Shown here: positions 21,788 through 33,700 of the stretch, in pieces
Layout of the letters: each line of letters starts with the position of its first letter
How positions within the stretch are numbered: the stretch's first letter is position 1
Assembly (NCBI RefSeq): GCF_021028975.2
Contig: NC_059439.1
Span: forward strand, 39,316,068-39,372,000
Reading direction: 5' to 3'
DNA from: Sphaerodactylus townsendi
Lineage: Eukaryota
Length of the DNA: 55,933 bases
The notes under the pieces: model-generated
Told to the model about the DNA's origin: nothing
The model's input: the letters and a program-made list of their open reading frames with translations, nothing else
Database searches by the model: none
Program-made: the position numbers and the translations under genes

Positions 21788-24700
21788 TCAGAAGAAATCG
21801 ACATCTTCCGGGGCATCCAGGTCTCTGTACTCTACAATTGCACGCGGGTCTCTTCGGACCATCCTGTGGAGAGAAGCAGAAGTGAGCTGGGAATCAAAGC
21901 CTCTCCTTGTCTGTTTCTGATGACCCTGGGCGTTCTGATGACCCTGCCTTGCCTTGAGAGCCGAGCAGGGCTCAGTCCAGAACAAAAGAAGGGCTACTCA
22001 GAGAAGAAAAGGCAACCTTTAAGTGACGATATGTTGAAGGAGAAAGTTTTATGCTAGATTAACTACCATATGACGGGAACAGCAGGCCAAGATTTGTATG
22101 GAGCTCAAGGGTTTCTTGGAAATGCTTTATGGTGAGGGCGATGAGGGGGAGGAGCTGCCAGGAATCCCAAGTGCCAGTACACAAAAACAATCCCTTATGC
22201 CAGCACACAAAAACAATCCCGCATAGTACTCTTGGGTATATTTCTTCCTTGTGGTGAGACCTCATATGTGCCACTCCCCAATAAAAGACTTGCAACAAAA
22301 TCAAAGTTCAGGCTCAACATATTAATCACAGGTACAGCGAAGTGGTGCATTGTTGAAGTTATGCAAACAGGCTTTCTTCACACAGCTCTTAATCGATCTT
22401 TTGCCCTGAACAGTGTTGCAGTTCGATGTATAAAAGGTTGCCGGCAGCCCCCGGCTCGTAAGGTCACAGCAACCTTTGGCCCCAAATGAAGCCCGCACCA
22501 ACCTGTTCCGCGGCTTGTTCAGGTATCCGCCCTGTCCTCTGAAGGTGTCGTAACTCCCCCTGCCAGCGGCGTACGGGGCCGGCGGGTACGGAGGGGCCCC
22601 TGCACAGAGAGGCAACCCAGTGAGCGTGATCATTCAGACACCCAAGGAGTCTTCTGCACCCAAGAGGTTTTCACAGCTGGGCCTCTACGTACCGGCATAG
22701 CCCAAGATGGGTGGGCGGGGCTGTCCATAGGGCATCAGGCCCTGGGGGGCCTGGGGCGGATAGGGCAGCCCAGGGGCCAGGCCTGCAGAAAGAAAAGAGA
22801 GCAACTTGAGGAGGAATGCTGGGAGCCGGCGGAACAGACTGCGGGGAGGGGGGTGGTGACCTTGGAAACGGCACCAAGCCGGGGAACTGCAAACAGGCTG
22901 TGCTCCCCAACCCCGTCAGGGGAGGAGGGGCCTGCTGCTGCTCAGGCTCTGAGATCAAGGCCCCCCTCCAGGATGCAGCTCCCTACCAGTGGCTCTTGGG
23001 GCAGCCCCCCCAGACAGCCCCCCCCCCACAAGCTCCTGCAGGCCCTGCTGCTGGTCGCTGAGCCCCCCCCCCATCCAGTGAGAGGCCAGGCGAAGTGTGA
23101 GGACCTCGGCTTCCCTCCCGCTGCCAGTCAGAAGGCTCCGCCCCCAGGAGATGCGACAGACGTTGGCAGAGACCCTGCAGAGGAGGCCAGGCTGCCATGG
23201 AGGGGGGCAGGAGGCTTGTGCTGGGGAGCCCAGGAGGGCAGTTCTGAGGCTGGTCCAACCCCCCCGCCCCCCCCGGCGCAGCACCCCCTCACTGACCCTG
23301 CCCTGGGGCTGGCGGCTGGTTGGGCTTGAGTTCGGGCAGCGCGGGCCTCTTGGCATCCATCAGAAAGTTGTTGAAAAACGCCACCTCTTTCTTCACCTCC
23401 TCGATCTTCTCGGAGTGCTTGTTGAAGATGTGCTTGCGCACGAACTCGGGGCCCTGCGGCAGAGGAAGGCTGTCAGGGGGTTCTGCCCCTCTGGCTGAGG
23501 AACTGGGGGGGCGCAGGGGGGCAGACGCGGGACCCACCTTGAACTTCTTCCCGCTGAGCGGACACAGCCACTTGTCCTTGCCCATCTCCTGCGTGTTGAC
23601 CGTCACAAACTTCTCCACTTCCTGCTCTGGGTCCTTCTTGCCCATCTTCTGGGCGTCCTCCTCCGAGAGGGACTCCCGGACGCTGAACAAGGGAGTCAGC
23701 TTCTCCTCAAAGGTCTTCTCCCACTCGGCCACTGAAGGGAGAGGGGCAAAATGGGTGGGGAGGCCAGGAGATCTTCCTCCTCCTCCCATAAGGTACAAGG
23801 AAGAAAAAGCAGGTCCCACCACACAACACAGCAAACTGCTCCTAAGGGTTTCACCTTATGGGAGGAGCCCAAACCCCTGAGGCCCCCTTACTCCACTCTC
23901 CCAAGGAATGAGCAGCCAGGCCAGAGGACTAGCGGGGGGAGGGGGGTTGGTATTCTGGACCAAGCCAGGTACAAAATGCCTAGCAGGCCATGGGCTCTCC
24001 CTCCAACCAAGGAACACGCGGGCCCACCCCACAGACCATGGCAGGCTCCGCACCTCTGCACCAAAGCAGCCACTGGAAAGCAGAGGAACCGCCAGGAGTT
24101 GCGCTTATTGACAGCTGCAAGAGACTGCACAGGACAGCAGCCAGGACCCAAGGATGCACACAGAACTGGCCTGGCCCAAGGTCTCTGCAGGCCCCCAGTC
24201 GCCTGCCCTCCTCACTGCAGGGTTGGGGGCGAGGCCCGCGGTGGTTCATTGAGGAGCTGCTCCCCACCCCCACCCCGCTTACCTTCCCCGTGGGTGACAC
24301 GGTTAGGGGGGATGGGCCCCCGAACATGGATGATCCCGCAGCGGTTGGGCATCTCGTCCTCATTGGGGTACTCGGAGGTGTTGTAGTAGTCCACGGAGTG
24401 GACAATCCGGAGGTACAGGAGCAGCTTGTCGAGCACCTAACAAGAGAAAGGCAGGCAGAGGTCTCCAGGTGAGCCCAGCTGAAGAAACACCCCCCCCAGC
24501 AGCTCCCTTCCCACCCACAACAGGGATGACAGCTCCCCCCCCCCAGCAGCTCCCTTCCCACCCACGACAGGGTCGACAGCTCCCCCCCCCCCCCCCCCCC
24601 ACAGGCAGATGCCGTCACCTTGACAAGTTTCTCATCTCTCTCCACGTTGATCTCTGCCGGATTCCCTTCCTTGGGGGGTTCTTCCGAGGGCTCCCCGCTT

Positions 24701-27700
24701 TTGCCCAGCAGTTCCTCTTCTTCCGCGCTCACCTCCTCGATCAGGTAGTCTGTGATGTTCTTGAGGATGGGATTCTGGGAAGGCAAGCTCTGGGGCCGGG
24801 AGAAGAAGAGAGATGCAGTGAGCCAGAGGGAGCGACGAGGCGTGGCTGAAGAGAAACAGAGGTGCGTGGTGGGAAACACACAAGCCAGCCCGCTTCTTCC
24901 GGCTGTAAGTGTAACCCCCATGCTCAGAATGGGTTGACCCAGAAAGGGGTGGAGACCCAAAGCAGGAGAAGGCTGCAGAGCTCATGTGGTTTGGAGGAGA
25001 CGAGGCTACCAGACTCGGACCTTGATTAACTTCAGAACTCCCAGCCTGATAAAATAGGACCAGCACCCCATCAGCTTCGTCAGTAATGGCCAATTGGCCA
25101 TGCTGGTAGGGGCTGATGGGAATTGTAGTTCCTGAACATCTGGAGAGCCGCAGGTTCCCTACCCCTGGTATAACCCCTTAACACCTTGTTAAGGTAACTG
25201 CAATGTTGTTGGGAACTACTGGGAAGGTAGTTGTTTGTTTTTGCTATGTTGTAAATGTTGGAGTTTATTGTTTCAGGGTTTCTTTTTGTGTTTGCAATGG
25301 GTGAGAGTTCTCCTGGAAACCTTCATCATGTTGAATCCTGTTCACCAAGCCCTTGGAGTCTTCAGGAGCCAACCCACTTGCAAAGAAGGATTGGACTTGG
25401 CAATTTCAGAAGACTGTAACTAGAAGGACTTGAAAATGCAACCTGAACAAGACCTTGAAGTGTGATGTTAAATGTTGATGTTTGATGTTAAGAAAGTAAA
25501 CCATTTTTTTTAATTTGTTGTTGCAAACTCATTCCAAGTTCTGCCCCGCAGAACCCACAGATAGGAGGTTACATAAGCTCTGCCCAGTCAACTGATTCTG
25601 TGTTGCTGGTCAGCTGCAGGCTGCTGCATTGGCCTGAGGAACTCACAGCTTGACCCACCAGAAGGAGGCAAGCGGGCTGACGGCCCGTTCTGCAGGGAGA
25701 GGCCAGTCAAGAGCTCTCAGCCCACAAGTCCGCCCCCTGGAGGACCTCCGGACAAATCTGAGGGTGGGGAAAGCTCCCAAGCGGCCCACTGCACGGGCAG
25801 GCGCCCGCCTCCCCCCACAACTGACCGAGACTTCGGCGGAAGGGCGGGTCTCTCCAGCCCCCCACAGATGGGTGCGGTCGTCCAACGTGTGGATCAGCTT
25901 GGCCGCCAGCTTGATGTCGTTGCGCAGGATCTGCTTGTGCTGCGTGATGCCGTTCACGTTGCGCACACGCCGAGTGAGGTCGCGATTCACCCCGGGGCTC
26001 AGTTCGCATTCCCGCAGCTAGAAGACAGGACCGCATGGGAAATGATTCCTACAGATGTCACCTCACCTCAGGTCTAGAACTGAAGCGCAGCTGAGTGCCC
26101 CGCTCAGGACACATTTGGAAAGGGAAAAAGATTCCTGCCACTCAGCGGCGGGCCACCTCTTCCCAGCTCGGATTTTTTTTACTCCTTATTACAAAATGTT
26201 ATTTCAACAGGTTAATCACAGGCTCTATTGATCAAATATGCCAGATCTGCCACAACTTAGAAATGTCAACTGTCATAATTTCAGCAATAGGATATAAAAA
26301 CAACAAAATTCTGAAGCTGGGTTCTACTGTCTACTGGGTGACTACATGTATTGGGTTTTTATCCAATGCTGAAACCTGGGTGTGTTGAAACCCAGGGAGC
26401 CCATTAAGAGCCCTGAAACCTGGGTGTGTCGAAACCCAGGGAGCCTATTTAGAGCCCTGGTTGACACACAGGCCCCTTCCGCACACGCAAAATAATGCGT
26501 TTTCAAACCACTTTCACAACAAGTGGATTTTGCCATTCCGCACAGCTTCAAAGAGCACTGAAAGCAGTTTGAAAGTGCATTATTCTGCATGTGCGGAATG
26601 AGCCACAGCTTTAGTTACAAAAGGATTATTTAATGTTTTCTGGGAGGGTGCTTAGGTGGCATTCAGGTAAATCTCTTATTAAGTATACTGGCTGCAGTAA
26701 AGATCCTTCAAAAATTAAGTCGTGTTTTACTGGAGTTCCCTGAAACATACAGAAAGATACTTCTAAGGTTGAGATGCTCAGGAACAGAGATATAGGTTTG
26801 GAACCCACAACCTTCTCTTTTAAGGGGATATCTTGACTTTCGTTTGGTTCCAAATAAAATGAGCTAGAAGCCTCTGCCGGTCTTCAGCACATGTGAAGGA
26901 CAAGGGAAATGGGGACCTCCGAAAGAGAAACAACCTAAGGCAGCACGACTCATCTTGATCATGTGGATCTCACTGAGCCAAAGGAATTTCAGGGAGGTCC
27001 AATCAGTGAGATTTTTAAGTTACCTGTTTTTTTAAACTGCTATAGCTAATTTTTATCAACTCTTCAAGAATAGTGGTTATTATTAATCCCTGAATATTTC
27101 CATTTGCTGGTGGTTAATTTATACTGAAAACTGGTCATGTTTTTGCATCTCTTGGGTGAGAGGCTACAACCGCTCATTTCTCATTATTTATTTACACAAA
27201 ATTGAGACGTTTCCCCACATTCGTGCAGCAAACTGTCCAAACCCTGCGACAAATCAGTTGTTAGATACAGTTTTGTGTAATCTGCTAGAATATCTGGCAT
27301 TCCCAGTGATTCTTCCGGTAAATGCTTGCAGGAGTAGGATACCTGCATTTACTTGGTGGTTTCTGTTAATGCAGGGCAAGTGAGCTGCTAATATAATAAT
27401 TGGGGGTCACCTCCCTTTTTGCATATAATGGTGTCGTTTTGTATGTTTCTCCTTTTTTAAAAAAACCCTTTACTTTATTCTCCCGCTGCTCTTTTCTCCT
27501 TACTGCGTGTTGTTTTGCTGTTTGTTACTCTGTAAGATTGTTTGTGCATTTCTGCACATGATTATTTCTTGGTCTTCCTCCTTTTGTTGCATATATTTTG
27601 TAGCCTAATTTTTTTTAATAACTAGAATCCTAATAAAGGATAATTCCTTTTTAAACTCTGTTACGTTTTTTACTCTGCTAAGAAATGGGCAATTTCAGTT

Positions 27701-30700
27701 CTTCTACCATAATCTGCAAATAAGTTGTTTTTCCGGACTTCAGTTCTGTTAGAGCTTCTTTTGACCACAAGAACCAGGGGCTCCACGGATCGATGGACAA
27801 GGTCCGTTCTCTAGGATTTACCCTGATGTTCTGGAGGTTCCAACAGATTTCCTTGATGTTGACACTCCGATCAAACGTCACCCACCCTCTTCGGAAAAAC
27901 CTGAAAGGTGAATATGGCTTTGGTTAGGTTTTCTGCCGTCAGGTTCAAGGTGGGTCTCAAGTGGGCTCCTTTTGAGCATTTTCTGCCACCTGTGACCTTG
28001 ACCCTTCCCTTCCTCTGACACAATTTATGGAAGTTTCTCTCGGTTTACCATCACAACAATCTTGCAAAGTAGGCTACATCAACTTCAATAATTGCCAACA
28101 AACTGGCCAAAGAGATGGTGCTAGATATGAAATCTGAGTTTTCTTGCTGCCTTCCACATACGACAGGATAGATTTCAATCTACTTGTTATCCCAAGTAGG
28201 GAGGCCCACCAGGCTGAGGCCAGGCACTGAGAGCACCATGAACGACAGCCCATTTGGCCCTGGACAGCCCCCAAGGAAGACGAAGAAGAGGAGTTTGGAT
28301 TTATATCCCCCCTTTCTCTCCTGCAGGAGACTCAAAGGGGCTTACAATATCCTTGCCCTTCCCCCCTCACAACAAACACCCTGTGAGGTAGGTGGGGCTG
28401 AGAGAGCTCCGAGAAGCTGTGACTAGCCCAAGGTCACCCAGCTGGCGTGTGTGGGAGTGCACAGGCTAATCTGAATTCCCCAGATAAGCCTCCACAGCTC
28501 AGGCGGCAGAGCAGGGAATCAAACCCGGTTCCTCCAGATTAGATACACGAGCTCTTAACCTCCTACGCCACTGCTGCTTCGTCGTCACCCAAGAGAAGTC
28601 AAGCAAAGGGGCAGGCTAAGAGCCAGCAACCAGCCCAGCTTCCTCCTCACGTGTGGAAGTTTGGCAACCGAGGTGGGAAGGGGGAGAGGAAAAGGAATCC
28701 CCGTTACCTTCTCTCTGGCTGGGGATCTGAAAGAGCCACACGCATGAAGCCAGGGTATTTCTTGCAGAGCTGGGGAAGAAGGAGCAGACGCTCAGCACCA
28801 GCCACGTCCCCAACCTCTTCCCCCCACCCCCTCAAAGTCCCACTAGCAGAAGACAACTGGCAGCCGGGGCTACCAAATCACCGCTTGCTGTAAAGAGCGC
28901 AAGAGATACGCAGGCGGCTCGTAACATAGCCCCCAATTAACGGGATGGTGCAATGGAAACGGACATCCAGTCGCGCTGTGACACCCCCCACCCACCCTCA
29001 GGCAGCTCCCCTCCCCCACTCACTGCCACGATCTCCGCCTGGGAGATGTTGGGGGCGATGTTGCGCATGAAGAGGGAGCAGGTCTTGTGCAGGGGGCGGG
29101 GCTTGGGCTCCCCCTCCTTCTCCTTGGCCTTGGGGGATTCCTCGCCCTCCTTGGCTGCTTTCTCCTCCTTGGGTTTCTCAACTGCGGGCAACAAAAAGAG
29201 TCCGGCTAGACCCACCTCAGGGCCAGCCCAGCCCTCGGCCTCCCCGAGCTGGCTCCTGGCCCCCTGCCTCACCCGCCTTGTCTTCCTCTTCCGGGTGCTG
29301 GCCCTCTGACTCCGTGTCCGACTCGGAGACGCTGCCTTCGTCGTAGCTGTCGGCTCCGCTGCGCTTCCGCTTGCGTTTGTGGCTGGTCTGTGAAGCGAAG
29401 GCTGCCCGTCACACAACCTGGGCTGCTTCCCCGGGCAAGTGCCGAGGAAGTTGCCACTCGTACCAGAGCCAAGCCCTAGCCGAGCATCCTCTGAGTGCCA
29501 CGCTGTCCCGCTGTTGATATTCAGGGCCCCCGCCTTCCTTGCCATGGTGCTGAAATGACCGGGGGCGAGCCCCACCCACTCACCCTCCCATGCCCCACCC
29601 ACTACAGGAGGAGCCAACTGGAGTGACAGGCTGTGTGGGTGCAGGGGGTGGGCTCTCCCAGACAGACTGCTGCCTTGCCCAAGTGATACCCAGGGCCTGG
29701 CAAAGGACCCTCCCCCAGCTCACTCAGCAAGGGACCCCCAGAGGTGACCTCAGCCGCCCCGTCCCACAAAATAAGCAGCAGATTTGCTTAACCGGCATAG
29801 CTGATTTTAGCGGTGGGATTCAGCCTCTCTTGCCCCCGGCCAGGAGCGTGGCAGCCAGTTCTTATTGTGATTTCCTTCCCCATAATCCCAGCCGTGGTCC
29901 CCACCCAGACAGAAGCCCCCCCCCCCCCCCCGCTCCCACTGGCCGTGCCTGGCCCAAAGCAGACCTTCTTGGCTTCCTTGTCTGGCTCCTCCTTCTTCTC
30001 GTTCTTCTTTTCCTCCTCTTCCGAGGATTTCTTGGCTTTGTCTTCTGGGACCTCCTCGTCGTTAGCCTGAAAGACAGCAACAGGCCTGACACGCTCCCTC
30101 CCAAGAGGTGGAGCAGGCAGAGTTCTCAGCGCTGCAACGAGACAGCTACAGGCCTGGGGGAGCCCTGCCCCCGCCGTGCCCCCCCCCCCGGCATCAGGGC
30201 CTCCCCCCGCCCGCACCTTTTTGGCCTCCTCCTTCTTGTCCTCTTTCTCGGCCGCTTTGCGCTCGGGGTCTGCCGGCCGGCCATCTTCCTTCTTCCCAGG
30301 CTCGGCCTTCTCTTGGCGCTCCTCTTCCTCCTCCTGGTCCAGGATTTTCAGGTCAGTCTCCGTCCCGCCTTCCATCTTAATGACCGCTGCAGCAAGACAA
30401 CCGGGCCCCGCGTCCTGAGGGGGAGCTCCCTTGGAGGGCACAGGCAGGGAAAGGGCCCCGGGGGAGCTCCGCTATTTGCTTCCTCAGGAGGGAGGTCCGA
30501 CTCAGTGGAAGAGCCTCTGCTTAGCAGGAGGAAGACCCCAGCGCCGACCCCGGGCAGCTTCACTTAGAACAGTGGTGGCGAACCTATGGCACAGGTGCCA
30601 GAGGTGGCACTCAGAGCCCTCCCTGTGGGCACGTGCAACCAGAGCCCCCCCCCCCCCACATCTAGGCTGGCCTGGGCTGCTGGGCTCAATTATTAGCATT

Positions 30701-33700
30701 AAACGTAAAACCTAGTTTTGGGGAAGCAGTGTAGGTAACCCTGTTAAGCACTGTTAAACCCCACTGATTTTCATGCAAAGAACTAAAGCGCCATCCTTTA
30801 CCTGGGAGTAAGCTCGGTTGCTGGCACTGGGGCTTGCTTCTGAGTAAACCCTCCTAGGGTCGTGATTCACCAGTTCAAAGAGTGGCACGGTTGCTTCAAA
30901 GCAAAGCCACCGACCACCACCAAGCTTACTCCCGAGTAACGCATGCCTCAGAGCCAACCGTTTTTTCTAACTAAAACCTCAGTATTCAGGTTAAATTGTC
31001 GTGTTGGCACTTTGTGATAAATAAGTGTGTTTGGGGTTGCAATTTGGGCACTCGGTCTCGAAAAGGTTCGCCATCTCTGACTTAGAAGGACCAGGGAGGA
31101 AGTGGCGTGAAAGAGGGCAGCTGCCAGCCTTGAGGAGACACAAGTGGCAGGGATGCCCCGGGGGATCTGTACGAGGCATTCATAACCCCCGGCAGTCTGG
31201 GCTTCCAGGGAGCACCCAAAGCCTCCCCACCCCCCAGCCCAAATCGAAGTGCCGCTATTGCTGGCTACCATGGAGGTGTCCTTGCAGTTGAGTGGGGAAT
31301 CTTGGGAATGCCTCCTGCCAACTGCCGGCAGAAGCCAGGTTCCTCTGAGCCCCTCGGCTGCCCCCTCTAGACTGCTTAGAACAGTGATGGCGAACCTTTT
31401 TGAGACCGAGTGCCCAAACTGCAACCCAAAGCCCACTTATTTGTCGCAAAGTGCCAACACAGCAATTTAACCTGAATGCTGAGGTTTTAGTTTAGAAAAA
31501 ACGGTTGGCTCCGAGGCGTGCGTTACTCGGGAGTAAGCTTGGTGGTAGTTATTGGTTTTGCTTTGAAGCAACCGTGCAACTCTTCCAACGGGTGAATCAT
31601 GACCTTGGGAGGGTTTACTCAGAAGGAAGGCACGTTGCCAGCAACTGAGCTTACTCCCAGATAAAGGATCACGCTTCAGTTCTTCGCATGAAAATCAGCG
31701 GGGTTTAACAGCGCTTAACAGGGTTACCTACACTGCTTCCCCAAAACTAGGCCTTAAGTTTAATGCTAATAATCGAGCCCAGTGGCCCAGTCCAGCCTAG
31801 ATGTGTGTGTGTGTGGGGGGGGGGAGCGATTTTCCCCCCACATGATGAACTCTGTTTGTACGTGCCCACAGAGAGGGCTCTGAGTGCCACCTCTGGCACC
31901 CATGCCAAAGGTTCGCCACCACTGGCTTAGAAGCACCCAAAGGCCTTTTTGCGTGGCAGGAGCGGCGGCTGCAGTTCTAAGCTGAGCAACCAAAGGCAGC
32001 AAAACGCACCAGCAGCATCCGAAGCGCGCTGCTCCTGGGCCCGCCTAGCTCTGCTTGTCTCCTCTGACCAGGCTCTCTGGCACAGGCTGCCCAAGAGTCC
32101 TGGCGCCCCTCGAAGCACCCAGAAAACAGCCCCTGGCGAGCCAGGCAAGCACCTACCGGCGTCCAGGACTTTGATGATGGCATTGGCTTTGTCGATGTCC
32201 AGCTGCAAGTTCTCACACCAGCCGTTGTCCATGAGGTACAGGAAGACGTTCAGCCGGTTCTGGAGGCCATTGTGGGCTTCCTCCTTCCTCCTGCCAGCTT
32301 CATCCGGGTGATATTTGGACCGGAACCTGCACGGAATCGAAATTATGCAGGGCAGGGTGGGGGAGAGCGAGGGAGAAACACACAAAGAGGGGAGGGGAGA
32401 GTTCCGTGAGCCCAAAACGGAGCTTGGAGGCGCAGCACCCGCCATGAAAAAATCTGCACATGCAAAGCGGGGGAGGGAGGAGGCCCCCCCCAGGTTTTCC
32501 TCTCTTCTGTGGGGAGGGGCGGGGGGGGGGAGGGGGCTGCCTGAAAAAGGTGGTTGTTGGCAGGTAGAGGGGAGCTGAGCCATGGCCCTTCTGCATTTGG
32601 CCTGTTAAGCCCAAAGGGGCAGCCGGTGGCAGCAGTGTCAGTGGGGGGGCGGGGAGAGGATTTCACATCAGCTCTGCCCTTCTAGGTTTTTCACTTAATT
32701 TTTTTTTGGGGGGGGAGACATGCCGTTCAGGAGGGGAAAGACCCCCTGAGGAAAGCAATTAGCCCAGCAGGGAGAGGGCCACTAACGACACCCTCTGACC
32801 CTCAGTGGCACGCCTCATGGCTGGCTCCTCTCTTGCGCCTCCCTGCAAGCCTTCCCTTGGCTCCCCCCCCCGTGCAAACCACTTGTCACAAGCCCCGTGG
32901 CCCCCCGCCAGGCTGCCTTCCACAACTGCTCCAGCCTCCCCCTCCCTGACTCTCAGTTAGCCCCTCCTCTCCATGATTCCTGCATCTGGCAGAGAACGGA
33001 AGCCCTCCACACCAGAGCTTTGCTGCCCCCCAACACCCCTCCCCCCCCCGGTCTGTAAGGCTCACAGCCCAGCTAGAGCGGGCACCTGTCTGGCCACTGG
33101 CTGAGGAGGGGCATTCTCAAACACGGGGCCTCCAGAACTGTGGGCTGCCGGGGCATGCCCCACAGAGGCCACATTCAATGGGGAGACTGGCAATTTCTTG
33201 GTGGAGGGGGCAGTCTTCCAGCAATACCACCATGCCTTCATAAACACACCAGCGGGGTGGGTGGGTGGGGGTGAGCAGATGTCAGGGATGATGGTAATAT
33301 CAAAGCAGCACTGATAGGGAAGGGAATTAATACAATAAAAGCCAAAAACACACCGTCTACCATTTTGTCTTGCAAAATACAAGATATGTGTCTAGAATTT
33401 CATTTTTTTTCTCTCTCAGCTCTGATTTAAGAAGACAGAACACGGCATACATACACTGAGGGGGGTCACACTCCAAGTTTTCCAAGCGAAGAGTTTTCTT
33501 CAGTGGGTATTTAAGAAAAAAATAAAAAAAAGATTTACCAAGCCTGGCCTCTCTCTCCCGCTGGGCCGCGGGACTTGCAAAAGCGAAGGTAGCAGGCCCG
33601 CGGCGCCCCTGTCCTGGCTACCTCCTGACCAGACACATTCAGCTAGTCACTGCATTGTGCACAGTGAACGCCCTGACTGCCTGCGCTGCGGACGAAAAAC

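Noticed and set aside
29590-30567. 325-aa plus-strand ORF and similar long antisense ORFs over SRRT and SLC12A9
   Set aside because: Antisense shadows of GC-rich exons and introns; no recognisable domain.
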